The translations under genes were made by a program, and so were the position numbers. A model generated the notes under the pieces. It was not told the origin of the DNA, ran no database searches, and was given only the letters and a program-made list of their open reading frames with translations. A stretch of 64,000 nt of DNA from positions 248,001 through 312,000 of the forward strand of contig CATNEN010000015.1 in the NCBI GenBank assembly GCA_950097015.1, in the 5' to 3' direction. Within the stretch, counting starts at the first letter, position 1; every line of letters begins with the position of its first letter. This DNA comes from Macrostomum hystrix. Lineage: Eukaryota > Animalia > Platyhelminthes. Positions 1 to 15,025 of this stretch are shown here, one piece after another.

Positions 1-37
1 GAAAAGCCGGAAATGTGGGTGTCGAGTAGATGGACTA

Positions 38-2690
<2,653 letters not shown>

Positions 2691-3530
2691 GGCCACAGAA
2701 AGCTGCTTGACTGAGCAACTCATCTATTCCACCAGACAAGTTCTATTTAAACAAAAGCTTTGCATTTTTAGCCCAGCTCAAACTTTGCCACCCCACAGCG
2801 GAATGCACTCAAGACAGAGCAGTGAGGGCGGAGAGCATATTATTTTCCGAATGAACGAATTCTCTGTCAGCATGAAAGAACTGCCCTGTCGCTCAGGTCT
2901 GTCTGGGCGGGGCTGGTGGGCGAGAGAGGCCTGTGGGACTGGGCGAGCCACTGCAGCTGTTTGAGTCCCAAGCCGAGCCTACAGTAACAGCCGCAGAGAC
3001 ACGGGCAGGACAATTAACACAGGATTCCTGTGTGCACTGTACTGCACGCGGCGCGGCTCAGTGTAATATTATCTCGCGTGTGCGTGCTGCTAACAATGAG
3101 CACTGACTGTGGAGTAGGTTGAGTGTGGATGGTCTATTGCTAATACACTGAGATATATACTTCACATACTGAGAAAGTGAGGTAAAAAGAGTGAGGCAAG
3201 ACGGAAAAGAACTTTGCAGAATGGAGAAGAGAGTGGAAAGGGTAGACAGAAGGGTAGAAGGAAAGGGTAGAAAGAAGGGGAGAGGAAAGGAGAGAAATGG
3301 GACAAGGAAGGAGAGAGGAAAGGAGAGAAGGAAAGAGAAATGGTTGCAGACATCTTAGCTGAATAGAGGAGAAATTATCTGGGAAGAAACGGGGTGAGGA
3401 CGCAGGTGAAAAATGATTTTCGTAGAGTCTGGTGGCAAAATCGAATAGCATCATTGCCGTAATTGCTTCTCTAACAATAAATTCATCTCACTGCTGAGAG
3501 AAGAGATGAATACTCAGACAGAGCTTTAAA

Positions 3531-5366
3531 AAGGGAGCACGAGACTTGCCCGCAGGCGAACTGCCCGCCGAGATTTGCCCGCAGGAGATTTGCCCGTCGA
3601 AATTTGCCCGCCGAGGTTTGCCCGCAGAGATGTGCCCGCAGTGCATTCTGCCCGCAGGAGATTTGCCCGTCGAGATTTGCCCGTCGAGATTTGCCCGCAG
3701 AGATTTTCCCGTCGAGATTTTCCCGTCGAGATTTGCCCGCAGAGATTTTCCCGTCGAGATTTGCCCGCAGAGATTTTCCCGTCGAGATTTTCCCGTCGAG
3801 ATTTGCCCGCAGAGATTTTCCCGTCGAGATTTGCCCGCAGAGATTTTCCCGTCGAGATTTGCCCGCAGAGATTTTCCCGTCGAGATTTTCCCGTCGAGAT
3901 TTGCCCGCAGAGATTTTCCCGTCGAGATTTTCCCGTCGAGATTTGCCCGCAGAGATTTGCCCGCAGAGATTTTCCCGCAATGCAGTTTTAATCTTGCAAA
4001 AATCGACTTATACTTATCGAAATTATTTACCTGCCAGATTTCAACCGTGTGAATCTGAAACTCTTACTGCCGCAAATGCATAAGATATTTCTTTGGCATT
4101 CCGCAGACACCTCAAATTTCCTTTCTGCTAAATTACTGTAGCCTGTTCTATAATCTTTTGTAGCAGCAATTTTTTGCTGGTGGAGCAGCTCACATAGCTT
4201 GTCGCATATTTTAATAAGGTAATGACTTTATTTTTCCCTTGACAGAACCGCACAATACAATAGCTATTTTTGTACATTCACTTGGCAAAAAGTAGAACAA
4301 GGTATTTAAGCGTCGCAAGTCAAAAGATGGTGAGGCTGTAGGTATCATTGGCATTAATTGCGAATTAACAGGTTCAACAGCGATTGTACAATCACTATGC
4401 ATGCATAATACAAGCGAAAATGAATTGCAGTAGGTAAATTAGCAATTTTCACTCTACTTAGCTCACACATTAACGGAATTTAGCACCCCAAAGGAGCAAA
4501 TCTTCCGATGTGCAGCGCCAGCACATCCATTTGATCCTTCCCTATTCATTCCCTTTCAATCAAGTCCTTGGGTTCAATTACTTAAAACAACTTTGTACTC
4601 TACTGCATTTTTCACTTTGCATTCGCTTAACGATAACTTTTGATTGAGCAATAATGAAAACAATATGAAAATGATTGACCAATTGTTAACATTTACTGTG
4701 CATCGCAAGACAGGAACAGGTGGATGACGGAGTACATGGCAACAAAAGCATTCAGTGATACAGTTACAATGGCAACCTACAAGAGGAAGGGAAGGGAATG
4801 GGGAGGAGGGGTGAGTTGTTATGTAGGCAGAAGACTGTGGGTTCACTGAACTTCTCTGACCTAACCAAATTTCAGAAACTAGAAGCAACCGCAGTGCTAA
4901 ATACGAGGGTTTAAAGTGCACAAAGTGAATGCCTTTGCGAATCCCATGGAAGCGGGAACTATTATTATATAGGCCACAATGAAACTAGAGCACAGAATAT
5001 TAAATTTATTGCTTCTTAGTGTAGTGCAGCAAGAAACCAAAACCAAAACCAAAATCTGGCAGGTAAATAATTTCGATAAGTATAAGTCGATTTTTGCAAG
5101 ATTAAAACTGCATTGCGGGAAAATCTCTGCGGGCAAATCTCTGCGGGCAAATCTCGACGGGAAAATCTCTGCGGGAAAATCTCGACGGGCAAATCTCGAC
5201 GGGCAAATCTCGACGGGCAAATCTCGACGGGCAAATCTCCTGCGGGCAGAATGCACTGCGGGCAAATCTCTGCGGGCAAACCTCGGCGGGCAAATCTCGA
5301 CGGGCAAATCTCCTGCGGGCAAATCTCGGCGGGCAGTTCGCCTGCGGGCAAGTCTCATGGACCCCT
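3531..5366. mobile_element. Foldback-like non-autonomous DNA element with long TIRs built of 15-bp subrepeats
   Basis: 3541-4041 is the reverse complement of 5052-5356. The match includes a unique inner ~75 bp (ATGCAGTTTTAATCTTGCAAAAATCGAC...) and GAGATTT(G/T)CCCG(CA/TC)-type arrays with unequal copy number. Flanks are TTAA-like. No transposase recognised inside. Confidence 0.8.
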
Positions 5367-5604
5367 TTAAAAACATATCAGATAATGAGAGGCTGAGAGC
5401 ATGATATACGTCAGCTTGAGCCAGCTTGTCAACTGTCAAAAGCAGCAGCAGCAGCAGCAACTCTGCTATGAGTACAATAGATAGCTACGCATAAAAGGCC
5501 AAGCAGAGTCTAATCTACTCAAAACTTGGCAGGGTACCATAAGTATTCATTTGAAACTTTTTTTTCATATTAAAAAATCAATCTCAAACCATCAGTGTAC
5601 TCAC

Positions 5605-8600
5605 GGTAGGAACCAAGGCAGCCCAGCTGGGCATTGTTTGAGCAGTGCACGTGGCACTTGAGTGACCGAGGCAGGCAGTACACCTTGTTGCTGGTGGAGT
5701 TGTGACACTCGAAATAGCCGGTGCTGGGCTGGCAGTAAACTTTCAGGTCTGCAAGAAATTCCAGTGACAGTTGGACAAGCTAAAATCTAGTCAACTTACA
5801 GTCTGCACATTACGAGGGTTGTGCCATAGATTCGCTGACAAACTTACATAGTGTCTGTCAAGGACAACTTAATAACTCTTTATTAAGTTATTAAGTTATT
5901 AAGTTATTATTAAGTTATTATTAAGTTATTAAGTTGTCCTTGGTGTCTGTTTCTTTTGTACTTTGGGGCAGAATTTTTTTATACAGACTAAGGCACCATC
6001 GATCTTACGAGTATTTTCTATGGAAAATCTTCCCTCTGGCTTTTGAGACAAGGCAGAAATCGAGTGGCATTCAAACCACCCTTTTATCCAGTATGGAGAA
6101 AAGTGAAGCTACCAAGCGCACTGTCATTTGGTCTTTGTGGAAGAAGCAGAAGAAGCAGGCTGATATTTACCGTGAGCTGCTGCAAATCTTTAGCGAGGAT
6201 GCACCTTCGAAACAAACTGTATCAAAGTGGGTGTAGCGCTTTGAGGACGGCTGGGAAACAGTTGATGATGCTCCCCGCCCAGGTGCACCGCGGTCATCCA
6301 CTTCCAGTGACAACATCCAGCGTGTGCAGCATGCCCTGGACGATGATCGTGGAGCAACCCTGAGGCAGTTAGAGGACTTGTTGGAGATACCAATGAAGAG
6401 CATTCATCGCATCATCTCCGACCATCTGCATATGACACGAGTTGTTGCACGATGGGTCCCTAAACTGCTGACTCCTGTCCAACTGCAAGAGAGGGTCCAG
6501 ATGTGCCGCCACCTACTCAACGCCTATCAAAACGAGCCCGACTTTCTTGGCCGCCTGGTGACTGGTGATGAAACGTGGTTTCACTTCTACGAACCAGAAA
6601 CGAAACGGCAGAGCAGCGTCTGGAAGGCTACTCACGAACCCCCACCGGTCAAGGCCAAGGCGGTGCAGTCAGCAGGTAAGCGCATGGCCACCGTGTTCTG
6701 GGACAGAGAAGGCATCTTGCTGATCGAGTGGCTACCTGAAGGCAGAACCATCAATGCCCAGTACTACTGTGAAATATTGGAACGGCTGCGTGAGAAGATC
6801 AAGAGTGAGCGCCGGGGAAGGATCACAAGGGGCATTGTGCTGCAGCAGGACAACGCCAGGCCGCATACCTGCAGTGTAACTATGGATGTCATCAGGAGAC
6901 TAGGCTTCGAGTTGCTGCCTCACCCTGCCTATTCTCCTGACCTGGCCCCCAGTGACTACTGGTTGTTCCCTAAAATGAAAGAGCCTCTTCGTGGCCATCG
7001 CTATGGAAGCCTTTCTGCACTCAGCTCGGCCATCAGCCAGTCGGTACGAGGGACCCACACCGAATTCTTCGCCCAGGGCATCAGCAAGCTGCCCGAGAGA
7101 TGGCACAAATGTGTGCAGCTTGGGGTGACTATGTTGAGAAGTGCAATGTGGACAATTAGCTGTTCTTTGTTTTGTTTCTTTGATATCTGCAGTTGTCAGC
7201 GAATTCATGACACAACCCTCGTAGAATAAGTTCCTAATTAGCATAAGTTCCTAATTAGCATAAGTTCCTAATTAGCATAAGTTCCTAATTAGCATAAGTT
7301 CCTAATTAGGATAAGTTCCCAATTAGCATAAGTTGCTAATTAGCATAAGTTCCTAATTAGGATAAGTTCCCAATTAGCATAAGTTCCTAATTAGCATAAG
7401 TTCCTAATTAGCATAAGTTCCTAATTAGCATAAGTTCCTAATTAGCATAAGTTCCTAATTAGCATAAGTTCCTAATTAGCATAAGTTCCTAATTAGCATA
7501 AGTTCCTAATTAGCATAAGTTCCTAATTAGCATAAGTTCCTAATTAGCATAAGTTCCTAATTAGCATAAGTTCCTAATTAGCATAAGTTCCTAATTAGCA
7601 TAAGGATCAAGTTTTAGATCGAGCGCGAAACATGTCATCGCAGCAGACATTGAGGTTAAAGTACAAGACTGGACACCTCATGCCTGCAGGCCAGGTGCGG
7701 CCCCATGGCTCCACCAAAACCTACTCAAATCTGCCTCATATTTTCTCTCCTGTGTCTTATCTCTCCCCAGTCTCATCTCTCCCCTGTATTATCTATCTCC
7801 TGTCTCATCTCTCCCCTGTCTCATCTGTCCCCTGTCTTATCTCTCCCGTCTCATCTCTCCCCTGTCTCATCTCTCCCCTGTCTCATCTCTCCCCTGTCTC
7901 ATCTGTCCCCTGTCTTATCTCTCCCCTGTCTCATCTATCTCCTGTCTCATCTATCTCCTGTCCCATCTCTTTACTGTCTCATCTCTCCCGTCTCATCTCT
8001 CCCCTGTCTCATCTCTCCCCTGTCTCATCTCTCCCCTGTCTCATCTCTCCCCTGTCTCATCTCTCCCCTGTCTCATCTGTCCCCTGTCTTATCTCTCCCC
8101 TGTCTCATCTATCTTCTGTCTCATCTATCTCCTGTCTCATCTATCTCCTGTCCCATCTCTTTACTGTCTCATCTATCTCCTATTTTATCTCTTTACTATC
8201 TCATCTCTCTCATATCTTTACTTTCCTTTCTTATCTCTCCCATATGTCATCTCTCCTGTCTCATTTCTCTCCTATCTCATCTCTCTCGTCTCATCTCTCC
8301 CGTCTTATCTCTCTCCTATTTCATCTCTCCCCTGTTGTATGTTTCCTCTACGAGTATCTTATCTCCGACTGTCTCATCTTTCCGTCTTATCTGCCCACGA
8401 CCTCAGTCAATGAGGCCCGCTGTCGTCTTTCTTAAGATCTACAATTTTATATTTCTATAATCCTATATGTTTTTTCGCTCAATCAAAGTACCTGGTGTAT
8501 ACTCGAATAAGGTGAACATGATAGGTTCATACTGTTTTGCCTGCTTCCTTTGGAATTAGAGAACACTTTAGTAAAAGTTGCTATCAATGAGTACAGGTGT

Positions 8601-8738
8601 CCCACTCCCAGACTCACTGTTGTAGTCGTCTTTGGACAGGCCGGTAAGTGGAATAGCTGGAACTGTCAGGCTGAGAAGCGAGGAGCACATGAGCAGCAGA
8701 AATTTCACTGCATGTCTGCCGCTGCTCCACCGAGCCAT
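5605..8738 (-). CDS. Small secreted or membrane protein: signal-peptide exon 8738-8618 + divergent LDLa-like exon 5748-5605; 3' exon(s) unresolved
   Basis: Exon 1 MARWSSGRHAVKFLLLMCSSLLSLTVPAIPLTGLSKDDYN ends in a phase-1 GTGAGT donor. Exon 2 (144 nt, TTCTTGCAG acceptor, GTGAGT donor, phase 1-1) reads LKVYCQPSTGYFECHNSTSNKVYCLPRSLKCHVHCSNNAQLGCLGSY with six Cys. Confidence 0.7.
5813..7221 (+). mobile_element. mariner (DD34D) transposon, decayed copy 1
   Basis: Imperfect ~27-bp TIRs (CGAGGGTTGTG..AT..ATTCGCTGAC) with TA duplication at 5811-5812 and 7222-7223. Motifs WVPKLL, VTGDETW, QDNARPH-x-YSPDLAPSDY with 34-residue D-D spacing. Confidence 0.96.
6093..7150 (+). pseudogene. mariner transposase pseudogene
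   Basis: ATG at 6093 (MEKSEATKR), in-frame TAG at 6234-6236, and an apparent 1-bp deletion near 7120 that shifts the expected GGDYVEK C-terminus. Confidence 0.85.
7226..7603. repeat. 17-bp minisatellite (TAAGTTCCTAATTAGCA), about 22 copies
   Basis: Near-perfect tandem array starting just after the mariner right TA. Confidence 0.95.
7664..8340 (+). repeat. 16-bp minisatellite (TCTCATCTCTCCCCTG) preceded by a degenerate hAT-like terminal motif
   Basis: Array about 7740-8340. The head 7664-7705 (GCCTGCAGGCCAGGTGCGGCCC) resembles 29839-29880. Confidence 0.8.
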
Positions 8739-9500
8739 TGTTGATAACGAGAGTAATTCACTGATCAGAATTCACTTGGGACAGTGAAGTGAAAAAATAA
8801 TAACCTTCATCCGCGAACTAAGGTAGAATCGAACGATTATCTTGTTGAGTTGATGCGAATTTGTGAACTTATTACCATTGGGGTAAAAAGCAAGCAGGAC
8901 AAACAGCCAGCCAAAACTGCCTCAAAACTTATAAGCCATTTGAATTAAAAAACGCAGTCTAGCGCGTCCCTCTCTGTATGAATGAATTGGTGGTGGCGTG
9001 GTCGGAAATGTACATTGGCTGGTTAAGTGTACACTCATTTCCTCCCCCCCGCTGCGCACCCCTCGGGGTTCACTCATCGGCCCACCGCCCAAACAACACT
9101 AAACCCAAATATGCCTGGCCGCCCTTACCCAAGTTCAACGCGTGGCTGAATAGAGGGCGCGTCGAATCATGTGACGGCAGCATTGTCTGAAGCTCGTGTT
9201 TCCTTGTCTGGCTGGCTGGCTGCCACTACTTGGTATTCTCCCCTCGGTTTTTTGCTGAACAACTCCGTCTGTGCAGGGAAGAAAATGTTGAGCTTAAAAA
9301 AGATCTGCTGGAATCCTCCTAACACCACGTTAAGTTTTTAGCTTGTCTGCTGAACTTCAGTTTTTTTATAATGCTGTCTCTGGAGCTGAGCTCTCCCCCT
9401 CACAACACGACAGCTGTTCAATACACAGTGAGCATTGTGTGGGGCACAAGCCCTACCACGTGACTGCGTGTCTGCATATGTGGGATTTTCCGAAAAAATA

Positions 9501-10803
9501 CGAGGGTTGTTCGGAAAGTTCGCGGACAAACTCAATTTTCTACTAAGCAAAAGGCTGTGTAGCTATCATACTTTTAGCCATAGACAACAAATATGTCCCA
9601 CAAGTTTTAAAGCTACTGCGCTCAGATTTGCTCAATGCATTTTTTCACAGCAATCTTTTTCGTTACCCACTGATTTTGACACTATGCAAAATAACGAAGA
9701 AGCCAAGCGAAGTTTCGTTTGATTTTTGTGGAGGCAAGGGAAGCGTCAAGCCGACATTCTCCGCGAGTTACAAGAGGCATATGAGGAAGATGCCCCTTCG
9801 AAGATAATGGTCAGCAAGTGGGTACAGCAAGTCGGTCAGCAAGTCGGTCGAAGATCTGCCACGCAGTGGAAGGCCGGCCACCACGGTCAACAAGTTTAAC
9901 ATCGAGCGTGTACGCCAGGCATTGGATGTCGACCGTCGGGTCACAGTACGTGAACTGGCAGAGATAGTGGGTATCTCACCGACAGCAGTCCATGGGATTC
10001 TCACAGCCGAGCTTGGGATGTCACAGGTTGTCGCTCGCTGGGTCCCGAAGCTTCTGACGGATGACCAGCAGCGCGAACGGGTCCGTGCATGTCAGCAGCT
10101 CCTGCAGACCTACCGCAATGATCCGAACTTTTTGGACCGAATTGTGACAGGAGACGAGTCATGGTTCCACTATAGCGAACCGGAGTCCAAGAAGCAAAGC
10201 AGCATGTGGAAGACAGCTGATGAACCTGCCCCAGTGAGGGCCCTGACTGTACCATCAGCTGGCAAGCAGATGGCCACCGTCTTCTGGGACAAAGAGGGCA
10301 TTCTGCTCATCGACTGGCTTCCACGAGGCACTACCATCAACAGTGCTTATTACATCCAAGTGCTGCAGAAATTGCGTGAAGCCATCAAGAGTGAGCGCCG
10401 TGGCAAGCTGACCAGGGGGATCCTGCTGCAGCAGGACAATGCCAGGCCTTACACCAGTCAGGCAACAATGGCTGCCATCGCCAACCTGGGCTTCGAGCTG
10501 CTGCCGCATCCGCCGTACTCGCCAGACCTAGCACCGAGCGACTACTGGCTGTTTGGGCAGATGAAGGAATCCCTCCGAGGTCACCGGTACAGTAGCGTAC
10601 AGGCCATGGCCTCAGCCAGTTGGTCAGAGGGACCCCCAGAGAATTTTTTCGCTGCTGGAATTGAGAAGCTGCCAGAGCGATGGCACAAGTGTGTCTGCCT
10701 CAAGGGCACGTATATTGAGAAGGTTGACAACTAATGTTTTCATATACGTATGCAGTTACAGTTTTTTTTCAAGTTTGTCCGCGAACTTTCCGAACAACCC
10801 TCG
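9501..10803 (+). mobile_element. mariner (DD34D) transposon, decayed copy 2 (related but distinct family)
   Basis: Perfect 32-bp TIR CGAGGGTTGTTCGGAAAGTTCGCGGACAAACT with TA at 9499-9500 and 10804-10805. Motifs WVPKLL, VTGDESW, QDNARP, YSPDLAPSDY. ATG 9684, TGA at 9720-9722, frameshift before 9922, 12-bp duplication at 9825-9848. Confidence 0.96.
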
Positions 10804-11354
10804 TAGCAAAAACTTAAATAAAATCGTAAAATTAGAAAGAAGTTAAGAACTAGCTAAATCAGTTTTTCGAATATTAAATCCCCTCAGCAATTAAGTTAAG
10901 CTTAATAAAAGTGCGTGTACCGAGTCGGGCCCATTTGACATCTTTTGGTGAAGGAATTGTGAAAATCGGTTTAGTCGTTCGGGAGAAAGTCGATTGCAAA
11001 CCTACAAGATCACAAGTGCAAGATGACTTTAAAAGTGCAACATCGCTTACTCGTATTTACACAAGCACTACCTGGGGTCGTGTCGCTCTTATCTCATTAG
11101 ATAGCGCAAAGGTAGGATGAAAATTATCACGGCCTGTCATCAGTCTAAACACTGCCTCGCTTTCCTCAGCCTAAAAGTTCTATTCGCAATAGCACAAATG
11201 ACTATCTGTGACTCAGTACTGTACAAACAGTTTTTACAGTTGTATTGCTGTCAAAATATTTATTTCGTCGTGATCAAGCTTTGAAGATTTGGCTTTTTGA
11301 TATTCCAGACTAACAAATTGTGACACGAAAGCCAGGCTTTCCCAACTGGGTCAC

Positions 11355-11540
11355 GACTCAACAATAACTATTGAGAGAGTGCACTCTTGGAGGTTATGAC
11401 TCAACAATGACTATTGAGAGAGTGCACTCTTGGAGGTCATGACTCAACAATGACTATTGAGAGAGTGTACTCTTGGAGGTCATGACTCAACAATGACTAT
11501 TGAGAGAGTGCACTCTTGGAGGTCATGACTCAACAATGAC
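11355..11540. repeat. 43-bp tandem repeat, about 4.3 copies
   Basis: Unit GACTCAACAATGACTATTGAGAGAGTGCACTCTTGGAGGTCAT contains the palindrome AGAGTGCACTCT. Confidence 0.9.
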
Positions 11541-12883
11541 CCTCTAAGGAGCACGTATTAAAAAGTTCACGATCAATGACTAGACAAATATTTGTAAAGA
11601 AACTTAAACTGACATTACGTATTGTTAGTTATGAGATTCGGAGAGTGAAATCTTAGAAGTAGTACTTGAAGTAGTGTAGTAAAGTTTTCACGAGCGACCC
11701 AATTAATTACGGTGAGATTTTACACAAAACCGTATAAACAATTCAATGAGTAAAGTTTATTTTTAATTAAAGATCGACAAAGGAGGAAAGCAGAAATGTT
11801 TTTACATGATTTCTAGTATTTTAAGAATCAAGAAGTGAATAATATGACTGCTTAACGAAATGCTAAACTTACAGAATTAAACACTTGTCTGTTTTAAACT
11901 GTTTCACTATAGTTCAACTAAGAAATTAAAAAGGACGCAAGGATCTTTATAATGCCTTCACCGTCATTCTTATCAGCGAGAACTATAAAAACCTGGGAAA
12001 AGTTACGCGATTTTGCTTGAGTCATGCTGCCTTGGGAATCCAGGGGTGCGGGAGCGACACAATGGAGTCCTCCGGGCTCCGCGCTGTCTGCGGGACCTCC
12101 CCAGTCAGCGCTTCCGGGACACCGAAAGCAGAGACTTGCAGAGCATTGTGATGTCTCACTGGAGGCTTAGCTATAGCTTGACAACCAATTGCCACACCTC
12201 ACTGATTTTTAATTGGCCCATGTTGCATGCAATCCGCACAGCCTCAACACCTTGCTGTCCAACAGTTCTCTTTCAATGAGTGGAAGACAATCGGCTCCGT
12301 GCGGTGAAAAGTTAGAAAGCGAAACAGATTTGAGCCGCTTAATAGATTTCTGCGGGTACTGAGGCGGTCTCTCCACATGCAGCAACCGGCCATTGTTGAC
12401 TGCCTGAGAATACCAGCAGATCCCAACTTTGAGAGAGCAGAGGGAGACAGTTGCGAGCACTTGAAGTGAGTCGAGCTAAATACGCACAGGTATATCATCG
12501 GCCTTGCTAATTTCATAGGGGCGCCTTGTCTCTGGGCCATAGACAATGGCCGGGAAGTGTTTTCCACGCAGTCAATTAGGCCAGTGGCAGATGAGAGACT
12601 TGTGGAGAAAGTTGGCCACTTGTAAACAGGACCAGCTCTGAATGAGTCGCTCTGCGGGGTCGCTCTGCGCGGCAAGTCAAATTAGGTTTTCTCACAGGAA
12701 CAAGAATTTATGATGAGCAGTTTTTACTCAGAATGATTAGCACAAATAAGAAAACTATTTATAAGAAATAAAAGTTAACCTTGAATCGCAAAGGTTGAGA
12801 CGGCGCGACCAGCTTAACACAGCAGACAGGCGTGAGTAGGTGCAATTCAGTTTGTTAGTTTATTTTTTATCACTGAGACAGCA

Positions 12884-13315
12884 GAGAGTGTGCGAAAGTG
12901 TGTGAGAGAGTGGGAGAAACTGGGAGAGAATGTGAGAAACTGGGAGATAATGTGAGAAACTGGGAGAGAATGTGAGAGACTGGGAGAGAATGTGAGAGAC
13001 TGGGAGAGAATGTGAGAGACTGGGAGAGAATGTGAGAGACTGGGAGAGAATGTGAGAGACTGGGAGAGAATGTGAGAGAGTGTGAGAGAGTGTGAGAGAG
13101 TGGGAGAGAGTGTGAGAGACTGGGAGAGAATGTGAGAGACTGGGAGAGAATGTGAGAGAGTGTGAGAGAGTGTGAGAGAGTGTGAGAGAGTGTGAGAGAG
13201 TGTGAGAGAGAGTGTGAGAGAGTGTGAGAGAGTGTGAGAGAGTGTGAGAGCGTGTGAGACAGTGTGTGAGAGAGTGGGAGAGAGTGTGAGAGAGTGAGAG
13301 TGTGTGTGACAGTGG
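12884..13315. repeat. 10/20-bp GA-rich minisatellite (TGTGAGAGAG / TGGGAGAGAATGTGAGAGAC)
   Basis: Tandem units visible. Confidence 0.9.
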
Positions 13316-13884
13316 GAGATGAGTGGTCAGATTGCAAGTGGAGGCAAGATCACTAATCAAAGAGCTTGGAGTGAGCGTTGATTAATAATGGCAAACGGTG
13401 AGAGACAAAGCTCAGACAAAGCTCGAGAAACGGTCATATCGAAAAACTTTTATGCCACCATTTGGCCTGTGTCGAGTTTCAGTTCGCCGCACCAATAAGT
13501 CACCGATTGGCCCTCGGCCCTCGAACACGCTTCCACGCCATGTCTCGGAGCTGTGTTGCCATCTCCAACTTGAGACACGCTGATTTTTCCTATGTCCAAC
13601 TGTTCCTCATTCTGCCCAGCTAATTAATTCTTCATGTCGGACCAATATCAATTTGCAATTGCCGCCAATTGTCTTCGGCTGGTTTTCAAGTGTCAATCAA
13701 TGCGAGCAACAATGGCGCCGCACTTGAAGTTTGAAGTTGTGTCTGATCTGTGTTTGCTAAACAATAGTGGAGAACCTTGTTGCTTTGAATACAGGCCTTG
13801 TTAATTGAGACATTGTGCGCGAGTTGTAACTTATTCACTCATATCGATTCTCACATTGAGATGATTGAAAGCTTTCGATAACAC

Positions 13885-15025
13885 TATCCCTTCCTCACCC
13901 TTCATCCAGTCCCTTCCTCACCCTTCATCCAGTCCCTTCCTCACCCTTCATCCAGTCCCTTCCTCACCCTTCCCTTCATCCAGTCCCTTCCTCACCCTTC
14001 ATCCAGTCCCTTCCTCACCCTTCATCCAGTCCCTTCCTCACCCTTCATCCAGTCCCTTCCTCACCCTTCCCTTCATCCAGTCCCTTCCTCACCCTTCATC
14101 CAGTCCCTTCCTCACCTTCCTCCAGTCCTTTCCTCACTCTTTATCCAGTCCCTTCCTCACCCTTCATCCAGTCCCTTCCTCACCCTTCATCCAGTCCCTT
14201 CCTCACTCTTTATCCAGTCCCTTCCTCACCCTTCATTCATTCCCTTCCTCACATTCATCCAGTCCCTTCCTCAACTTTAATTCCAGTCCCTTCTTCACCC
14301 TTCATCCAGTCCCTTCCTCACCCTTCATCCAGTCCCTTCCTCACCCTTCATTGAGTTCCTTCCTCTCACCCTTCATCCACTGTCTTCCTGACCCTTCATC
14401 CACTGTCTTCCTGACCCTTCATCCACTGTCTTCCTCACCCTTCATCCAGTCCCTTCCTCACCCTTCATCCAGTCCCTTCCTCACCCTTCCCTTCATCCAG
14501 TCCCTTCCTCACCCTTCATCCAGTCCCTTCCTCACCTTCATCCAGTCCTTTCCTCACTCTTTATCCAGTCCCTTCCTCACCCTTCATCCAGTCCCTTCCT
14601 CACCCTTCATCCAGTCCCTTCCTCACTCTTTATCCAGTCCCTTCCTCACCCTTCATTCATTCCCTTCCTCACCTTCATCCAGTCCCTTCCTCAACTTTAA
14701 TTCCAGTCCCTTCTTCACCCTTCATCCAGTCCCTTCCTCACCCTTCATCCAGTCCCTTCCTCACCCTTCATCCAGTCCCTTCCTCACCCTTCATCCAGTC
14801 CCTTCCTCACCCTTCATTGAGTTCCTTCCTCTCACCCTTCATCCACTGTCTTCCTGACCCTTCATCCACTGTCTTCCTGACCCTTCATCCACTGTCTTCC
14901 TGACCCTTCATCCACTGTCTTCCTCACCCTTCATCCAGTCCCTTCATCCAGTCCCTTCATCCAGTCCCTTCATCCAGTCCCTTCATCCAGTCCCTTCATC
15001 CAGTCCCTTCATCCAGTCCCTTCCA
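13885..15025. repeat. 23-bp minisatellite (CCCTTCATCCAGTCCCTTCCTCA) with a ~420-bp higher-order duplication, ending in 13-bp units
   Basis: The rare variant CAACTTTAATTCCAG recurs at about 14272 and 14692. Confidence 0.92.

Noticed and set aside
3483-5460. Repetitive ORFs such as ISAGKSRRENLDGK and FPVEICPQRF
   Set aside because: Produced by the 15-bp subrepeats of the foldback TIRs.
7632-8460. ORFs rich in LISPLSHLSPVSSLPC (also 29703-30803 and 19429-19806)
   Set aside because: Translations of the 16-bp minisatellite.
12013-12675. Moderately GC-rich region with several short ORFs, possibly a decayed retroelement
   Set aside because: No family motif recognised with confidence; needs a translated search.
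13865-14857. 330-aa SSPFLTLHP ORF and similar ORFs at 12860, 20466, 24685, 36055 and 52149
   Set aside because: Mini/microsatellite translations.
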